Positions 1-10,177 are shown, counted from the stretch's first letter. The stretch is DNA of 37,378 nucleotides from Candidatus Methanomethylicia archaeon (GCA_038845975.1 JAWBQF010000025.1:1-37378), one strand, 5' to 3'. The notes: generated by a model not told the origin, from the letters alone. Translations and numbers: made by a program.

Positions 1-530
1 ATTACTTGATAGAATATAATTTCGCTTTACCAACAAGTATGAATACTGCAGCCTACTATACCTCCATACTTACATATACATATCCTAAATACTTTTACCC
101 TATATAAATGCTTAATAGAATGCTATTATTCTACTTTAATTCAGCTTAACTATCCCTAAGCTCTAACGCAATACTCCCTAACACTCTAAAGACTGTTGTT
201 AGACCTCTATTAGTAATGGCTTAAACTAAGACATTATTACGTAAGCTTAGGAAGAGGAATATGATTATAAACCATTCTCTTAAACCTAAAATAATGGAAG
301 ATCATATTAGTATTATTGTTAAACGCTATCTTATAACTTACAGAAACAACTTTTAAGTAGCATCTATAACCTCATAATCTTTAATATTCGTAAAGCCTAT
401 ATCTAGAGCGATAAACATAATAAATCCATTCCAACATTTAAACGATGCAAAGCGGATTCCAATTTGGAAGAAGATAAAAACATCCATAAAGAAATCGAAG
501 GAAAACCATAAAATCTTATTAGAGAAGTAT

Positions 531-1034
531 TTAGTTTCCCTTCGTGGCCCTCTTTATTTCCATCACCATCCTCTCTACATATGGATATCTAGCCTTAATA
601 CCCTCAATATTAAGCTTAGCTTCATGAAAGCCCCATGCATGTAAAGCCCATGCGTGATCCCAAGCATCATAAAACCATTCACCTAGCTTCTTACCAGCAA
701 TTCTAGCTACATCATCAAGCTCGCTAGCTACCCATCCACCTCTTTCATTAACCTTCGCTAAGATTTCTGTAAGTTTGAAATGTATTGCTAAAGCCTTAAT
801 TGTTTCCTCAGCTACCTTGTAAAGTTTTTCACTAGCCTGTACAGGATCCTTATCAATAAGTTGTCTACCTTCCTCAAGGAATCTTTCAGCAAGCTCTAAA
901 TGAACCTCCAATTCATCCATAGGATCTAGCTTAAGCTCTTTTAGAATAATATCGAAAATGTAAGCTTCATAATCCAAACCAGCCTCCCTAAGCTTATTAA
1001 AAAGCTTCTCAGGTAAAACAATTTGAATAGACAT
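531..1034 (-). CDS. PaREP1-family (HEPN-like) protein
   Basis: Motifs DPVQASEKLYKVAEETIKALA and AWDHAWALHAWGFHEAKL are typical of crenarchaeal PaREP1 proteins. Confidence 0.9.
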   Translation of the reverse strand: MSIQIVLPEKLFNKLREAGLDYEAYIFDIILKELKLDPMDELEVHLELAERFLEEGRQLIDKDPVQASEKLYKVAEETIKALAIHFKLTEILAKVNERGGWVASELDDVARIAGKKLGEWFYDAWDHAWALHAWGFHEAKLNIEGIKARYPYVERMVMEIKRATKGN

Positions 1035-1116
1035 AGTGTTACTCTATATATTAATTTTTACTATTTAAGTTTTGCTAAACTTAAGGGTGCATTCAATAAT
1101 TAGCTTGCATCCAGTT

Positions 1117-1610
1117 ATGCTATATGTTATTTTCTTCGAAGATGGAATTGTAGAGCATATGACTTTAACCTTCTTATGAGTATTCTCGACCTCAAATCCA
1201 TGGATCCAGATTGGAAGAGGTAGGAAGACCTTGGGGTCTACTGAGCTTTACTTAAAGATCCTATTCTTAGAAGATGTGTAAGCTGAGTATGCTGAAAGCT
1301 CCTTCTCAACTACAAGAGGATTCCAAAGTCGACCTTAAGCTACTGGAGATAAACCTCATGAAGGAAGTTCCCGAAATCCTTCTCGGATTCCTTTACCTCC
1401 TAGAATACGACTATATTGTTTGGACTTAACGAAATTTATAGACTGGAGTAAGCTTCATAAATCTTCCTAAGCATAAGCCTTGATGAAGCTATTTCCATAC
1501 ATGTATATCTAACGACTTCCGAGGAGTTTGCGAAAGGAATTCCATCAGGTTCAGGGCTATTTTCGTGAATGGGTATTTGATGCCTATCCTGAGCGAGATT
1601 GTATTCAAGG
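1117..1610 (+). pseudogene. Heavily decayed gene, possibly the N-terminal part of a GlmU-like putative sugar nucleotidyltransferase
   Basis: Hand translation across frames gives MLYVIFFEDGIVE..LTFL*, ILDLK, LLEYDYIVW/DLTKF and AIFVNGYLMP, reminiscent of the IFED..LT..R..FDL / FING / YPWDL pattern. There are many stops and frameshifts, and it abuts the IS remnant. Confidence 0.3.
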
Positions 1611-1938
1611 GTCTGCTTCTTCTAAGCTAGCCTACCCATGGCATACCTTGGACGCTAAGGCATTAAGGATATTGACCCATATGCTCTCCCTACTTCATTC
1701 CTTAATTCTCCTCCAATAAGCCTTATACGAGGTACCTTCTAGGCATATCCATCCACCTACAACCATAATGAGTACATACAATATGTCGTTTACAGTCCTC
1801 CTATCATCAGCTCTAGGCTTACCAGTTCTAGCCCTTGGAGGAAAGAAAGGGCTCTACGAACTTCCACTTCTCATCACTTAACTCCCTAAACCTCATTTAG
1901 AACCTATAAGCAAGCTTAAATAGTTTTGAGACGAGTTC
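1611..1938 (-). mobile_element. Truncated IS5-family element (N-terminal transposase domain, DUF4096-like) with candidate left end
   Basis: From ATG at 1896 (-): MRFRELSDEKWKFVEPFLPPRARTGKPRADDRRTVNDILYVLI, frameshift, GCRWMDMPRRY, SYKAYWRRIKE*SRESIWVNILNAL. The DDE half is absent. GAACTCGTCTCAAAACTA (1938-1921, -) may be the terminal repeat, but no partner copy was found. Confidence 0.85.
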
Positions 1939-2139
1939 ATTGGTATCTGTTATCTAAAATCCTTCCCAATACCGATTTCTCTATTTGGTTTAAAGCCACT
2001 ATTTATAGCTAAGTGATGCCTGTACGTATGAATAGGTTTGCCTCTATAAGGATATCTATAAGTATAAATTCTATAGGCTTTAAAAGATTTATTAAAATCT
2101 TTTCTCTATTTAAAAATTACATAGTATATAGTTGCTATG

Positions 2140-2421
2140 TTAAATCTTAATACGTGTAATTTTAAATGTTACTGTATTTATTGGGTCTGGGCATTGAAGC
2201 TCTTCAATATAGTTAATCCAATCCGACTTCGAAGTATATCTATAAAGTACCGTTAGGTATGGTGTTAAAGCATTTAAAGCATATATGCATATATTACTGC
2301 TTTCACTTGAAATTATGTAGGGCTCCTCTACAACAATTCTATCACCAACCTTATACTTAGCTGCACACTCCCCCTTAACATTCTTAACCTCTAAAACAAC
2401 TTTATACATCGAATCATCCAT
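2140..2421 (-). CDS. TIGR04076-family small Cys-containing protein
   Basis: Pattern VKGECAAKYKVGD ... NICIYAL ... QCPDP..TVTFKI. Confidence 0.8.
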   Translation of the reverse strand: MDDSMYKVVLEVKNVKGECAAKYKVGDRIVVEEPYIISSESSNICIYALNALTPYLTVLYRYTSKSDWINYIEELQCPDPINTVTFKITRIKI

Positions 2422-2484
2422 CTAGCTTAGATAGTATTTATTTTCAGATACATTGAAGTATTTACTACAAAAATAGATTATTGT

Positions 2485-3675
2485 TTACTTGTAGAATTTC
2501 TCTCCAGTTTCAATCATTCTTTTAAGTAGTGGATGTGGAGTTAATATTTTACCTAGCTTATCTATATGGCCATATCTTGAAGCTAACTCTTCAAGCTGTT
2601 TTACAACTTCCTTAACTCCTACTTTATCAGCCATCTCTAATACTCCAAACGGTAAGTTGTATCCGAGTTTTACTGCTTTATCTATATCTTCAATTGAAGC
2701 TATTTCTTGATCTACTAGTTCAGCAGCTATATTTATTGATATGAATACATTTATTAATGGATTGAATTTATCTGCTAATGATTCACTCCATGATGATGGG
2801 ATCCTCCACGTTTTATCTGGATATTCATAGAATCCCTTACCTGTTTTAACTCCAAGCTCTCCACGTTTAACTTTATCCTCAATTATTGGAGGTACCTTAA
2901 ATCTTTCAGACTCCCTCTCCTCGAAGAATTTTGAAACATTATAGTGTACATCTATACCTACAAAATCCATTAATCCGAAAACCCCCATTCTTTGTCCCCC
3001 TCTATAGTATGCTGCTGAATCTATTTCTTCAGGTTTAAATACTCCCTCACTTACAAGCCATCCAGTAACAAATGTTGGCGGAATCATAATCCTATTAGCT
3101 ATGAATCCTATAACATCTTTTCTACATATTACAGGCTCCTTACCTAGCCTCCTAGCAAGCTCAACAGTTAAGTTTACGGTTTCATTGCTTGTTTTATCTC
3201 CATGAATTACCTCTACTAGCCTCATTAATTGGGGTGGATTGAAGAAATGCATTCCAACAACCTTTTCAGGTCTACTTGTTGCTTTAGCTATCTCCGTTAT
3301 TGGGAGTGAGGATGTATTTGTTGCTAGTATAGTGTGCTTCGGACTGTTTAAGTCAGCTTCTCTGAAAATCTTCTTTTTAAGCTCTAGGATTTCAGGTACT
3401 GCCTCAATCATGAAATCAGCATCTCTAATAGCTTCAGTTAGATTTATTGTTGTTTTAATTCTATTTAAAACATCCTCAATATTCTCCTTCAAAATCTTTT
3501 TCTCAGCAAGCTTTCCTAGACTCCACTTAATCTTTTCAAAAGCTGACCTAAGAAACTCATCCTTTACATCCATTACATATACATTATAGCCAGCCATAGC
3601 ACATAATTGAGCAATACCGTGACCCATAGCTCCAGCTCCAATAACAGAAATTTTTTTAATATCTTCAATCTTCAT
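2485..3675 (-). CDS. 3-hydroxyacyl-CoA dehydrogenase with duplicated C-terminal domain
   Basis: Rossmann motif VIGAGAMGHGIA, EAVPE, ATNTSSL, catalytic GMHFFNPP, GFIANR, and a second 3HCDH-like repeat (EDIDKAVKLGYNLPFG). Confidence 0.95.
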   Translation of the reverse strand: MKIEDIKKISVIGAGAMGHGIAQLCAMAGYNVYVMDVKDEFLRSAFEKIKWSLGKLAEKKILKENIEDVLNRIKTTINLTEAIRDADFMIEAVPEILELKKKIFREADLNSPKHTILATNTSSLPITEIAKATSRPEKVVGMHFFNPPQLMRLVEVIHGDKTSNETVNLTVELARRLGKEPVICRKDVIGFIANRIMIPPTFVTGWLVSEGVFKPEEIDSAAYYRGGQRMGVFGLMDFVGIDVHYNVSKFFEERESERFKVPPIIEDKVKRGELGVKTGKGFYEYPDKTWRIPSSWSESLADKFNPLINVFISINIAAELVDQEIASIEDIDKAVKLGYNLPFGVLEMADKVGVKEVVKQLEELASRYGHIDKLGKILTPHPLLKRMIETGEKFYK

Positions 3676-3856
3676 GAAACCACCTACCTACATTATCCAG
3701 ACATATATAAGAACGTTACGCTCCTATTAATGTTGCCCTAGACTATTGTTATGTATCTTTAGTATTTTGATAAACATCTATAAGTCAAGCTCCAATCATT
3801 TCTAGTTTATAGATATAATCGGTTAGAATAATAGGAAATCCTGCAGCTAGTAATTA

Positions 3857-4498
3857 CTAATAGCTGAATGGATTACCCATATTTTCATTTAGCTTAATAC
3901 TGAATACCTCTAGTAAGGTATTTTTGATTTTAAGTTTTTTCTCTATTGCTTCAGTAAGCTTTCTTTTAGAGTCCTCCATCTTTCTTCTTCTCCTGATAAT
4001 TTCTACTGTTTCATTCAGGTTTGTAATATCTATGATTTTATTAATTATTTCTACATCTCTTGCTGTTAGCGAATGATGTGAAGCTAGTTTAAGAGCTATG
4101 TATAGGCTTGGAGTTATTGTCCAATATTTCTCTCCATAAATCTCCTTCTCCACTATGTATTCTGTAAGATCTGATACTGTGCCTAAAGGTGTTGAGGTAA
4201 ATACTTCAACTACAATCGGCTTCCCTAGGCTGGTTTTAGCATATATAGTGTACATATAGCCCTCCACTATTCTCCTCGCTTCAAATCTCTCCATCTCCAT
4301 AAGATATCTGGAAAGCTCAATAACTTGATTAATATTAACTGAGCCTAATAAATCTATATTCTTACTAGCTAAGGGTTTATCTAAAAAGAACATTAATGAT
4401 TGAGATCCATAAACTGTTAAGTCTCCAACACCTAGATTTCTAAGAAATCTATATGATTTACTTAGTATAGGCATCCATTCTTCAGGTTCAGCCTCCAT
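3857..4498 (-). CDS. Pol-beta-superfamily nucleotidyltransferase, AbiEii/DUF6036-like putative toxin
   Basis: VYGSQSL..SKNIDLL (GS...xD motif), VEVF strand, C-terminal LKLAS..ARD motif; 1 bp downstream of the partner gene. Confidence 0.65.
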   Translation of the reverse strand: MEAEPEEWMPILSKSYRFLRNLGVGDLTVYGSQSLMFFLDKPLASKNIDLLGSVNINQVIELSRYLMEMERFEARRIVEGYMYTIYAKTSLGKPIVVEVFTSTPLGTVSDLTEYIVEKEIYGEKYWTITPSLYIALKLASHHSLTARDVEIINKIIDITNLNETVEIIRRRRKMEDSKRKLTEAIEKKLKIKNTLLEVFSIKLNENMGNPFSY

Positions 4499-4499
4499 A

Positions 4500-5018
4500 C
4501 TAAATCTCCGTTTGAATTTGTTTCCAAGCCTCCCTTACAATCTCATACGGTGTAAGAATGGGGTGATGATTAACCTCGTAATTGACATAATGATCCATAT
4601 CTGGATGTAGATTTAAATAATGTAAGGCAACCCTATAGTACCAGTCAATAACATCATCTATCTCTCTATACCTCCACCCTTCAACTATAACTTTATGAAT
4701 ATATGAAATCAATTTTTTCAAATCATCCTCAACACCATAACTTCTAGCTCTTCTAAACATGTAGTTCTTGTCGAGAGGCTTAGATACTATTAGCATTACA
4801 GCATAATCTAGGAAAATAGGTTTCTCATATGATTTCAAAACACAGTAGACAACATGATCCTCTATAGAAGCCAAAAGTTTCTCTCTACCATTAACGATTA
4901 TCTTTACACATCTATTAAGTTCCTCTTCACCTATATTTGTTTCCTCAAACTCCATAGGGATATTGATAATGTTTAAACCATACAGAGCTAAACCCCCTAA
5001 CCCCCATAGTACCTTCAT
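4500..5018 (-). CDS. Hypothetical protein, AbiEi C-terminal-domain-like putative antitoxin
   Basis: GLGGLALYGL, LLASIEDHVVYC and LDKNYMFRRARSYGV resemble AbiEi CTD or degenerate NTase motifs; tightly coupled to the NTase gene. Confidence 0.45.
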   Translation of the reverse strand: MKVLWGLGGLALYGLNIINIPMEFEETNIGEEELNRCVKIIVNGREKLLASIEDHVVYCVLKSYEKPIFLDYAVMLIVSKPLDKNYMFRRARSYGVEDDLKKLISYIHKVIVEGWRYREIDDVIDWYYRVALHYLNLHPDMDHYVNYEVNHHPILTPYEIVREAWKQIQTEI

Positions 5019-5165
5019 AAATTGAATAATACAAACTCAATATTTAAGCCTAATGCCCTATAACAAATCCATATAATTAAAACATTAATAGGGAGCGATA
5101 ACTTCGAACCATATAGTATTAATAGCTACAATTAGATTTATTACAGGCTAAATATTATCAAGTAT

Positions 5166-6473
5166 ATGAATAGAATACATATTCTCCTTATCCTTCTAGT
5201 CTGGATATTATCTACTAATGCTTCTCACAGCATTGCTGAGGCTGTTTTCACCTCGCTTAGAGATGGAAATTATTCAGTTTTAAAACCTTACTTAGATGAG
5301 GATATGGTGAAGGCATTTAGTGAGGAAAAATTTAGAGTTTTTAGGGAGGATTTATTATCTAGGTATGGACGGATTACAGGATACAAGTTTATTAGAGAGG
5401 ATGAAAGTGGAGAATTTATTCTTAACTACTATAGTTTCAGTTTCGAGAAAGCAAATATAACGTTTAAACTTGTTATAAGGAGGATTAATGACGAGTATAA
5501 GCTTTCCGGATTATGGATTCAGGAAGTAAACATAATCAGTAATGGATTCCCAATATTTATAGCTGTAATCCTCACAGCACTTGGAGGTCTTCTAGGTCTT
5601 CTAATATTCTACACTATAGGGTTTAAGATAGAGGGAAAAGAACTCCTTCTAGGTTTCCTCCTAGTATTAATAGTGATTTTCATACAGCCTATTATTCAGC
5701 AATCCTTGTTTCTAGCTTTTAACATTAAATCTAACATAGATATCCTAGCTAAGGGAGCAATCTTCATAGTTTTAGCTTCAATATGGCTTGGATTTATTGC
5801 AGGCTTCTTCCAGGAAGGTTTAAAGTACATATTTTGTAGAGGTAAAAATTTAGGGAATGCTTTATTTATTGGTGTAGGATTTGGTCTTGGAGAAGCAGTA
5901 ATAATTCCAATTATTCAATACATTCAATTAATAATGCTAGGAAGCCTACCTGAAACATCCCTTCTAAACTCTATTCTATCCATGATTGAAAGATTTCTGG
6001 TTACGGTATTTCATGCAGGAACAGCTATTACCCTAGCATACTCATATAGTAAAGGCTTCGGCTGGAAAACTCTCCTAGCCTTAAGTATTACTCATGGATT
6101 AATCGATGCCTTCGCTGCCTACTATCAATTAACTATTTCCCAGCTAAGCTTAAGCCTATCATACCTACTTTTAATAGCTTCTACACTAATCCTGCTTTAC
6201 TATGGAATCCCTAAAGCAAGAGCTACTATAGGGTTTAATGCTAATTGGATGTCTGATTTAGATGAAGTTGATAGGAAAGTCTTGTTAGCAATTGGTTTTC
6301 ATGGATGTAATTATTGGAGTCTTAGAGAGAATATGGGTATTGACGATGATGACTTAAGAATTAGGCTTCAAAGACTTGAAGATAGAGAATATATTAATGT
6401 TAGATTTGATAATAAATATGTTCTTACGGAGAAGGGAAGAATTGTTTTAAGAAAGATAATGAATAGAATTTGA
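5166..6473 (+). CDS. Membrane protein: signal peptide + DUF3887-like domain + YhfC-family intramembrane glutamic protease domain + C-terminal winged helix
   Basis: N-terminal hydrophobic signal; YLDEDMVKAFS..RYG..KLSGLWI (DUF3887-like); AGFFQEGLKY, GVGFGLGEA, ERFLVTVFHAG, HGLID (YhfC-type motifs); C-terminal LDEVDRKVLLAI..LQRLEDREYI..YVLTEKGR (wHTH). Confidence 0.75.
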   Translation: MNRIHILLILLVWILSTNASHSIAEAVFTSLRDGNYSVLKPYLDEDMVKAFSEEKFRVFREDLLSRYGRITGYKFIREDESGEFILNYYSFSFEKANITFKLVIRRINDEYKLSGLWIQEVNIISNGFPIFIAVILTALGGLLGLLIFYTIGFKIEGKELLLGFLLVLIVIFIQPIIQQSLFLAFNIKSNIDILAKGAIFIVLASIWLGFIAGFFQEGLKYIFCRGKNLGNALFIGVGFGLGEAVIIPIIQYIQLIMLGSLPETSLLNSILSMIERFLVTVFHAGTAITLAYSYSKGFGWKTLLALSITHGLIDAFAAYYQLTISQLSLSLSYLLLIASTLILLYYGIPKARATIGFNANWMSDLDEVDRKVLLAIGFHGCNYWSLRENMGIDDDDLRIRLQRLEDREYINVRFDNKYVLTEKGRIVLRKIMNRI

Positions 6474-6810
6474 TTTTATATTTAAATTTCATAAAGTTTT
6501 AAGATACATTTTAATTATTTTATTGAGTATTTATGAAAGGCTAAAAGACCTGTTGAATTCTTTAAAGGGCTGCTGGAGAAGCTTTAGGTTCTCTCAGTGT
6601 AGTAATTTCAGTTAGTAATGAGGAGGAAAGGACTCCGTATTGATGGTTGTAAACCATCTGTCAATGCTGTAAGGAATTCAATAAGGAGGATATTTCCAAA
6701 ATTGTAGAGGCAACACCATCAATTGGAAGAGTTGTTCTTCATGAGTTAGACTCAGTATAGATGATGGAATTCTAGTAGTATGAGTTTCATTAATACATGT
6801 AAGCTAGTAT

Positions 6811-7182
6811 TTACTTAAGCTCATTTATTATGATTGTTTTTATTTCTTCAAAGCTTGGAATACCTATTATTTTATGTTTTCCATTTATTATGAATGCAGG
6901 GTAACGTTTTACCTTATATCTTAATGATTTCCATATTCCTTGAGGAGTAGATGCATCAATAACGCTTATCCTGATTTTATCCCCGAAACAGTTGACGAGA
7001 TTAAATGCTAAATTACATATTTCTCTATAGTTTTCTCTTACTTCATTAGGGTAGCCCTTAAGCACTTCATCTATTAGAAATAGACCAGAAGCAGGAAGTA
7101 TTCTTTGACAATCCCTACAAATGGAGTAGAAAGTAGGGAAAACACCAAGGATTTCCACCTTAATCTGCAATGTCTCCACCAT
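6811..7182 (-). CDS. CxxC thioredoxin-fold-like protein
   Basis: CRDC near the N-terminus; C-terminal YKVKRYPAFIINGKHKIIGIPS resembles the cis-Pro/beta-hairpin of thioredoxin and glutaredoxin folds. Confidence 0.7.
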   Translation of the reverse strand: MVETLQIKVEILGVFPTFYSICRDCQRILPASGLFLIDEVLKGYPNEVRENYREICNLAFNLVNCFGDKIRISVIDASTPQGIWKSLRYKVKRYPAFIINGKHKIIGIPSFEEIKTIIINELK

Positions 7183-7486
7183 AATCCATATTTAGTCTAT
7201 TAATATAAAATTTACTATTTAATTTTAATGTAGTAACTCAATGTTTAAACCAATAATTTTCTTATAAGCTTTACATGACATAAGAGAGAGTTTAAGTTAA
7301 ATCATGATGTAGATGTCCCCTACATTGCTTGAATATTTATAGGAATTTCAACCAGCATATTAGATGGAAAACTATAGCTTAAATGTGGAAGTAATGGAGT
7401 TAGTAGATCTAGCTAATATTGCCTTAAATAAGCAATCTTAATAGTGATAGATTCATAATTATAAGTTAATTTAGCAAATAAATACT

Positions 7487-8497
7487 TTATTTAACTTCAG
7501 TTTTCACATTAATTTTCTCCTCAACATATTTAGCGAATTCATATGCTCCATTACTTCTCCTCTTATTCACTATTAATCTTGACGGTTTCGAGTTTTCAAC
7601 ATATTCTATTAATCCATTGAAATCTGAATGGTCACTGAATGCAATAAGCCACTTCCTCTTCGAAAGGTTTCTTATAGGTTTAGTAAATTCCCAACCGCTA
7701 AGAACAATCTTACATGAGTTACCACTATTTAAATACTGCTCATTGAAATGATTAGAGTAGTGGTTGAAATATATGTAGTATTTATCTCTAATAGCTTCCT
7801 TTGCTTCACTACTTGTTAATGGTAGATAGTCATCTATTCTTAAACCACTAACTTCAGCATATTTTGTCATTATATAGTGGGTAGAGGGGAGTATAAAAGG
7901 CGCTACTATATCGTTTTCTCTAAGCATCAGCATTACTTCATGTATTTTACCATAGTATGCATATATATGTACTGGGCCTTCCCTTAATAGTTTCTCAATG
8001 AAACTATTAAGTATATACTCAATATCACTATCAAACGGTCTAGTATAGCTTGGTCTACCATATACTGCATCAATAATTAAAATATCTGAGTTTATTACTG
8101 GAGTTTTAAGGGAAGGCTTTTTAAAATCACCAGTATATACTATTCTAGTACCATCATCTCTTTCATAAACTACCTGAATACTTCCAGGTATATGTAAGCA
8201 TCTTTCAAACCTTAGCCTACCATTTGAAAGCCTAATACTATCATCCATACTTAAAGGTAACTGCTGCTCTTCAGGTATTTGAACTCCTAAGCATTTAAGC
8301 CATTTAAGCGTTAGCTTTGTACCAACTATTCTAGAGCCATAACTAATACTTCTAGATAGATTTACTGTATGATCACTATGTATATGAGTAACAATTCTAA
8401 ACTTTAAACTATGATATCCATCTATAACAGCCTCATCTATAGTAATTCCCCCATTTCTAACCTCAACAAACCCATCCATAACCAGTATAACTGGCAT
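7487..8497 (-). CDS. Metallo-beta-lactamase fold nuclease, beta-CASP family
   Basis: THIHSDH, HIPGS, YTGDFK, DAVYG, FSDHSDF motifs. Confidence 0.88.
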   Translation of the reverse strand: MPVILVMDGFVEVRNGGITIDEAVIDGYHSLKFRIVTHIHSDHTVNLSRSISYGSRIVGTKLTLKWLKCLGVQIPEEQQLPLSMDDSIRLSNGRLRFERCLHIPGSIQVVYERDDGTRIVYTGDFKKPSLKTPVINSDILIIDAVYGRPSYTRPFDSDIEYILNSFIEKLLREGPVHIYAYYGKIHEVMLMLRENDIVAPFILPSTHYIMTKYAEVSGLRIDDYLPLTSSEAKEAIRDKYYIYFNHYSNHFNEQYLNSGNSCKIVLSGWEFTKPIRNLSKRKWLIAFSDHSDFNGLIEYVENSKPSRLIVNKRRSNGAYEFAKYVEEKINVKTEVK

Positions 8498-8768
8498 AAA
8501 GTGAATATAAATGTTTCCCTGTCAAATCATGCAATAACCCTATATCAACTAGGTTAAATAAACCGCGGTCTTTAACCATATGTATAACTACTAGGTATAA
8601 TTAAAATAATATATAAAACCATTAGAGAATATTAACCATCAGTGCTAATGTGATGAAGTCGTAAACAAGTTTAGAGCTCCTAATTTAAACTTGAATCATT
8701 CAAATGTTTAAACAGTAAGGAGAACTATCAAATAAAACCTATAAAGTTGACGATGTCCTCTTTATGAT

Positions 8769-8784
8769 AGTAAAGTTTATATAT
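8769..8784 (+). promoter_or_regulatory. BRE/TATA promoter of the dsrE-tusA operon
   Basis: Purine-rich AGTAAAG followed by TTTATATA (8776-8783), ending about 30 nt before the ATG at 8815. Confidence 0.55.
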
Positions 8785-8814
8785 CTATGCATGTAAGGAT
8801 TTAATGGTTATTAT

Positions 8815-9228
8815 ATGCCTAAGCTAAGTATAATATTGTTCTCAGGAACTATTGATAAGTTTATTCCTGTAGGTATTCTCTCGCAAACAGCTGCGAGCAT
8901 GAATATTCCCGTAAGAATATTTGTTACCGGATGGGCTTTAAATGCCTTTATGAAGAGTGGAGTAGAGAAAGCTATTAGAATTGATAAGAATTTCGAGGAT
9001 ATGGCTCCCATACTTATGGATGGATTAAAGAGAATGAATGCACCATCATGGTATGATATGATTAAGCAAGCGAAACAGATAGGTGATGTAAAGGTTTATG
9101 CATGCTCATTAATGGCTATGGCTCTCGGAATTAATAGTAAGGATCAGTTTGACCCTATAGTTGATGATATTGTTGGGGCAGCATCATTTCTACAAGAAGC
9201 TTCTGATGGACAAGTAATCTTTATATAG
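8815..9228 (+). CDS. dsrE: DsrE-family (DsrE2-like, soluble) sulfur carrier protein
   Basis: LSIILFSGTIDK, VRIFVTGWAL, single conserved Cys in KVYACSLM, IVGAASFL..A....IFI. Confidence 0.88.
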   Translation: MPKLSIILFSGTIDKFIPVGILSQTAASMNIPVRIFVTGWALNAFMKSGVEKAIRIDKNFEDMAPILMDGLKRMNAPSWYDMIKQAKQIGDVKVYACSLMAMALGINSKDQFDPIVDDIVGAASFLQEASDGQVIFI

Positions 9229-9236
9229 GTGTATTC

Positions 9237-9479
9237 ATGATGGAGGAGACTAAGCCGTTTAGAACACTTGATGTTAGAGGTCTTGCATGCCCAATTCCTG
9301 TTACCAAAACAAGCCAGGCAATAAAAGATATTCCTATAGGTGGAATACTTGAAGTACTGGCTACAGATCCAGGTGCTTTAATGGATATACCTGCATGGGC
9401 TAAAAGTACAGGTAATGAAGTTACTAAGGTAATAAGAGAGGGAAACATTATAAAGATATATGTTAGGAGGCTTAGATAG
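9237..9479 (+). CDS. tusA: TusA-family sulfurtransferase
   Basis: LDVRGLACPIPV (CPxP), LEVLATDPG..DIPAWAKSTGN. Confidence 0.95.
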   Translation: MMEETKPFRTLDVRGLACPIPVTKTSQAIKDIPIGGILEVLATDPGALMDIPAWAKSTGNEVTKVIREGNIIKIYVRRLR

Positions 9480-9484
9480 CATAT

Positions 9485-10177
9485 ATGCTACCTAAACTCA
9501 TAACTATTTTTTTAGCCTATATATCTATAATTATCTTTATCTCCGGTATAATTATTCGCTTAGCTAAATGGTATACTAAATCTAGGAATATAGCTTCATA
9601 TACATTATATCCTAAATCCGGTTTTCCATCGGTAATATTAAGGATTACCCTATTTCCTAGAGTCTTCGAGACTAATAGGCTTCTATGGATTTCAGGATGG
9701 ATATTTCATGTATCTCTAATCCTACTATTATTTGGTCATTTAAGACTATTTCAGGAGCCGTACTGGCTTTGGAATATTTTAAAGCTGGAAACATATGAGG
9801 ATGTTTCCAGATTCGCATTCATATCTGGTGGTATTACTGGAGTCTTATTTATATCTCCAGTATTTATGCTTCTAGCTAGGAGAATGAGAGGTACACTCTA
9901 CAAGCTATCTACATTTGAAGATTATTTTATACTACTATTACTGGCTCTAATAGGTTTAACTGGAAACTATATGAGATTTATGCTTCATATAGATGTTCCT
10001 AAACTACAGCAATTCTTCATCGGCCTACTCTATTTAAACCCATCACCCCATCAACCTACAGATCCAGTATTCCTAGTTCATATGTTTCTAGCTGAGCTGT
10101 TACTAATCTATTTACCCTTCAGTAAACTAATACATTCAATATCAGCAACTATATTAACCTATAGGTTTACGAGGTGA
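9485..10177 (+). CDS. NarI/DsrM/HdrE-like diheme cytochrome b membrane subunit
   Basis: Multiple TM helices; four His at heme-ligand positions: WIFH..LFGHLR and LVHMFLAE..LPFSKLIH. Confidence 0.88.
   Translation: MLPKLITIFLAYISIIIFISGIIIRLAKWYTKSRNIASYTLYPKSGFPSVILRITLFPRVFETNRLLWISGWIFHVSLILLLFGHLRLFQEPYWLWNILKLETYEDVSRFAFISGGITGVLFISPVFMLLARRMRGTLYKLSTFEDYFILLLLALIGLTGNYMRFMLHIDVPKLQQFFIGLLYLNPSPHQPTDPVFLVHMFLAELLLIYLPFSKLIHSISATILTYRFTR

Noticed and set aside
1528-1719. 63-aa plus-strand ORF
   Set aside because: Straddles the junction of two pseudogene remnants and is partly antisense to the IS5 transposase fragment; no motif.
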